A stretch of DNA of 64,000 nucleotides from assembly GCA_965197765.1 (NCBI GenBank), contig OZ240225.1, positions 1,366,837-1,430,836 of the forward strand. The letters are read 5' to 3'. This stretch comes from Dehalococcoidia bacterium. Its GTDB lineage: Bacteria; Chloroflexota; Dehalococcoidia; Lucifugimonadales; Lucifugimonadaceae. This document shows, in pieces, positions 61,701 to 64,000 of the stretch (position 1 is the stretch's first letter; each line of letters starts with the position of its first letter). The notes beneath the pieces were generated by a model that did no database searches, was not told where the DNA came from, and was given only the letters and a program-made list of their open reading frames with translations. Made by a program: the position numbers and the translations under genes.

Positions 61701-64000
61701 AGGCGAGGGTTTAACCCTGGACGTCCGGTTGTCGCATCAACCGAGAAACAATGTGACAGTGACGGCATCGATCGTGCCGCAATCTTTGGGGCAACAAATA
61801 GCGCCGAGTTCCGGCCGCGTGTTCTTGCCTGCCGATTGGAGCACGACGCCGAGCCAACAGTTTAGTTTGAGCAATTCAGACGACTCCAATTCTTACCCGG
61901 AAGAGTACAGAGTGGATTTTTCGGTTTCGGGCTACGGCAGCGGCACGGTTGCGGACTTGGATCTGACCGTGACCGAAAATGATCCGGTCGGCGCCAGCGT
62001 GGATCCGGATCCGCCCGAGATCACGATTGAGGAGCAAAATGCGGCGGGAGGGACGTACACGATCAAGCTGGCGTCCATCCCATCTACTCACAACGGCGCT
62101 GCTGCGTCGGTAAGCGTGGCAATCACCTCTACCAACGACGACATCACGTTGAGCCCGAACCCGGTCGTGCTGAACGCAGGCAATTTTTTTGCGGGCGTCG
62201 ATGTCACGGTCTTGGCGATCGATGACGCGGATGGGGTAGGCGAAACGGCGACGTTGAGCCACTTTGCGACATCTCAAACGTCTGGCAGAGACGGCGACTA
62301 CCACAACATCCCCATTCCAGACGTGACCGTAACCGTGACCGACAACGATCCGGTGGGCGTGGAGTTCGACGACACGACGGTGGTTCAGGATGCTCATTCG
62401 GTGACCGTCGCAGAGGCCGGGACGTATGACTACAGAGTCAGGCTGGCGACCGAGCCAACGGACGAGGTGACCGTGACGATCGTCGATCCATCGGACAACA
62501 CGGAAGTGACGACCGAACCTACAACGTTGACGTTCAACGCTGAGAACTACACAACTTGGCAGGATGTCACGGTATCTGCCGCGGTGGACAACGACACCTT
62601 CGACGATACCGCGACGATCACCCATACAGTCTCCCAGTCCGGCGGATCGTCGGAGTACGACGGGGTGTCGGTGGCCGATGTGTCGGTGTCGGTAACCGAC
62701 CCGGACCGGTCCGCCGCGATGTTGACGGTGAGTGGTTCGGAAATTTCCGCATTGAACGTTTTGGAGGAGGACACGGCGACGTACGATGTTGCGCTGTCGC
62801 ACCAACCCGCCAGCGGGGACACGCTGACGGTGACGTTGACGGTCACGGGATCAGGGACGCAGGTAACGCTCGACACCGATTCAGGGATGACGGGCGATCA
62901 GAACACTTTGGCGTTCACTTCATCGAACTGGGACACGACTCAGGAGGTTACGGTAACTGGTGTCGCGGACACCAACTTGGTGACCGACACGTTCACGATC
63001 GCACACGCGGTGACCGGCACTCGTGCGAGCACGACGGCGACGAATCTCAGCGTCACGCGGCCGGACAACGACGTGCCCAACTTGGACTTGGGAGCGACGA
63101 CCGCGGTTACAGTCCCGGAAGGCGGCAACGCCTCATACAGCATCGAACTGACGCAGCAGCCTTCCGCAACGGTCACGGTCACGGTCACGGCGACCGGCAA
63201 TGACGATGTCAAGTTCTCCACCGATTCCTGTGCGACGTTGACTGATTCGGGACAGTTGGAGTTCTCGACGACGGACTGGAACACCGCGAAGAGCTTGACG
63301 GTCTGCGGCGCCGAGGACTACGACGCGACCAACGACACCGCGGAGTTGAGCTACGGCGTATCGGGCGCCGAGTACGAAGGGTTGAACTACCCGGACACTC
63401 CCGTGACGGTCACGGACGACGACACCGAAGGCATCACGATCAGTCCGACCTCGGTGGATATAACCGAGGTCGACGGTGGCGTCGCTACCGGGACGTACGA
63501 GGTCAGCCTCAGCGCGGCGCCGACGGGCGGAAGCGTAACTGTGACGATCACCGTGGCGAACAACGTCGACGTCACGACGATCCCGACATCTCTTACGTTC
63601 GCATTGAGCGATTGGACGACGGCTGGAACTCAAACGGTTGCCAAATCGGTCGAGATCAGGGTCGCGGATGACGACGGTGCGGGCGACGAAACGGCCGACA
63701 TCGTGCATACGCAGGGTGGTGTGGGTTACGGGCCGGGAACCGCGTTGGACGGTGTGACCGTGAACATCACGGACACGGACATCCGCGGCGTGACGATCAC
63801 CGCGGCTGATCCCTTCACATTCAATGAAGGCGGTTCGCTCACTTACACAGTTGTGCTCGATACGGAACCGACGGGTCCAGTCACGGTGAGCGTCAATGAC
63901 ACCATTGCGACGGATGAGATTCGAGTCGACAAGACGGCGTTGGAGTTCACGATCGACGACTGGGACTCGCCGCAGACGGTGAGGGTCAATGCCGACGCAG
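58702..64000 (+). CDS. Giant secreted mosaic protein E (partial, >1766 aa; runs off the window)
   Basis: Absent from the ORF track, presumably because there is no stop in the window. I found no in-frame stop in the stretches I read codon by codon (about 58702-60200, 61201-61320 and 61681-63300); the remainder was read less carefully. Signal MKRLAALGLIAALCAIMLSAPWFAQAQD. A 5-blade module (SIWSDGTTLWVGDD...VYAYKL) is present twice because of a 1401-nt tandem duplication. It is followed by >=14 beta-sandwich repeats of about 115 aa (EGGSGTYKVRLA..PTADVTVTL...FTTSNW.TDQTVTVTV..D.D..DD.ATITH...Y...V.V.V.DDD). Confidence 0.8.
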   Translation, partial: MKRLAALGLIAALCAIMLSAPWFAQAQDDNTPSNPAFDLHADNAAPKSIWSDGTTLWVGDDTDAEVYAYKLVDDPATTLVDEYGTRDSAKDITAPSPEAFLVTGDGDYLYLAEEALHGGTLDLFVYNLPGLSRASSKDVNHSAFIVRGLASDGEYFWISPTTSQAKAFKLSDGSAVTSRDLTIPGSGQVTGLYTDGTTMWGTRYSSHSTTVESVNLDGTASECDFTLHDDNDQAFGIWSDGETMYVVDFIDAKVYTYVNPCAPTADPGLILPESALDIDEGGSGTYKVRLAKEPTADVTVTLTQPTNTDVTVDTDSGMTGNQTTLSFTTSNWETDQTVTVTVASDTDAVDDVATITHTASGATEYAALAAVDVTVNVEDDDKPGLTLSKSALNIVEGGSGTYKVRLANQPTADVTVTLTQPTNTDVTVDTDSMTLGDQTTLAFTTSNWDTDQTVTVTVASDVDAVDESATISHGASGATEYAALNAVTIDVQVVDDDKRVLTDFDLHADNAAPKSIWSDGTTLWVGDDTDAEVYAYKLVDDPATTLVDEYGTRDSSKDITPPNPEAFLVTGDGDYLYLAEEALDGTTLDLFVYNLPGLSRASSKDVNHSAFIVRGLATDGEYFWITPTTSQAKAFKLSDGSAVTSRDVTFPGSGQVTGLYTDGTTMWGTRYSSHSTTVESVKLDGTASDCDFTLDDDNANAFGIWSDGETMYVVDFIDAKVYVYVNPCAAPADPGLILPKSALGIDEGGSDTYNVRLAKQPTANVTVTLGQPSNTDVTVDTDSMTAGNQDLLTFTTADWETDQTVTVTVASDADAADDVATITHAINGATEYAALDDVDVVVNVDDDESADVSSTSETLNLTEPDSGTTTSTYTLTLSAVPTSDVTVSMEVEAVTPAQVSGQAWSNPDISVTSPVTLGSTNWMTGETVTVTLPTDTDAEDDVARIVHTVTQSGGSMEFNGYVLGNTTVNISDPETPVVEFKLSTESASDWSTAPDLTIAEGEGLTLDVRLSHQPRNNVTVTASIVPQSLGQQIAPSSGRVFLPADWSTTPSQQFSLSNSDDSNSYPEEYRVDFSVSGYGSGTVADLDLTVTENDPVGASVDPDPPEITIEEQNAAGGTYTIKLASIPSTHNGAAASVSVAITSTNDDITLSPNPVVLNAGNFFAGVDVTVLAIDDADGVGETATLSHFATSQTSGRDGDYHNIPIPDVTVTVTDNDPVGVEFDDTTVVQDAHSVTVAEAGTYDYRVRLATEPTDEVTVTIVDPSDNTEVTTEPTTLTFNAENYTTWQDVTVSAAVDNDTFDDTATITHTVSQSGGSSEYDGVSVADVSVSVTDPDRSAAMLTVSGSEISALNVLEEDTATYDVALSHQPASGDTLTVTLTVTGSGTQVTLDTDSGMTGDQNTLAFTSSNWDTTQEVTVTGVADTNLVTDTFTIAHAVTGTRASTTATNLSVTRPDNDVPNLDLGATTAVTVPEGGNASYSIELTQQPSATVTVTVTATGNDDVKFSTDSCATLTDSGQLEFSTTDWNTAKSLTVCGAEDYDATNDTAELSYGVSGAEYEGLNYPDTPVTVTDDDTEGITISPTSVDITEVDGGVATGTYEVSLSAAPTGGSVTVTITVANNVDVTTIPTSLTFALSDWTTAGTQTVAKSVEIRVADDDGAGDETADIVHTQGGVGYGPGTALDGVTVNITDTDIRGVTITAADPFTFNEGGSLTYTVVLDTEPTGPVTVSVNDTIATDEIRVDKTALEFTIDDWDSPQTVRVNADA

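Overview
GC-rich bacterial window (by eye mid-50s % GC in the first 19 kb, clearly higher to the right) that falls into three blocks.

(1) 1-19.3 kb: ordinary chromosomal genes.
- cupin protein and methylthioadenosine phosphorylase
- peptide/nickel-type ABC importer (binding protein plus two permeases, no ATPase gene here)
- glnK-amt pair
- a catabolic cluster: amidohydrolase, FAD oxidoreductase, enolase-superfamily enzyme, SDR, CocE/NonD hydrolase
- small enzymes and five tRNAs: Leu-UAA, Cys, Leu-GAG, Trp, Asn

(2) 19.4-27.7 kb: an island-like segment immediately downstream of tRNA-Asn.
- It has an AlpA-type excisionase-like regulator but no integrase.
- It has a degenerate tRNA-like element and two paralogous resolvase-like proteins whose catalytic Ser position is not conserved.
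- It has a SprT-like HExxH protein.
- It has kilobase stretches with no convincing ORF.

(3) 27.7-64 kb: a cell-surface/secretome super-locus.
- An LPXTG-type FN3-rich wall protein and a NarL-type two-component system sit on the minus strand.
- Five consecutive plus-strand giant secreted mosaic proteins follow (1705, 878, 2382, 1680 and >1766 aa, the last running off the window).

The giant proteins are assembled from a shared set of modules I cannot assign to named families: about 20 Ig-like YQW repeats, a QxFTTG module, an MTV...WxDG module, propeller blades and a Cys-containing C-terminal module. Enzyme-like inserts are embedded in them (a PQQ-type sugar dehydrogenase propeller, a PEP-utilizer/ATP-grasp unit), plus an LRR block.

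The locus carries strong nucleotide-level signatures of duplication and gene conversion:
- a 1.2-kb leader block present twice
- a 20-nt motif present six times, always co-oriented with the downstream gene
- a 673-nt near-identical 3' block shared by two genes and extending past the stop codon
- a 3' gene remnant
- a near-consensus promoter feeding about 1.2 kb of non-coding-looking, hairpin-rich sequence

All family names are from motif recognition by eye; no searches were run. The LPXTG signal suggests a monoderm host (possibly Chloroflexota-like; that is a guess).
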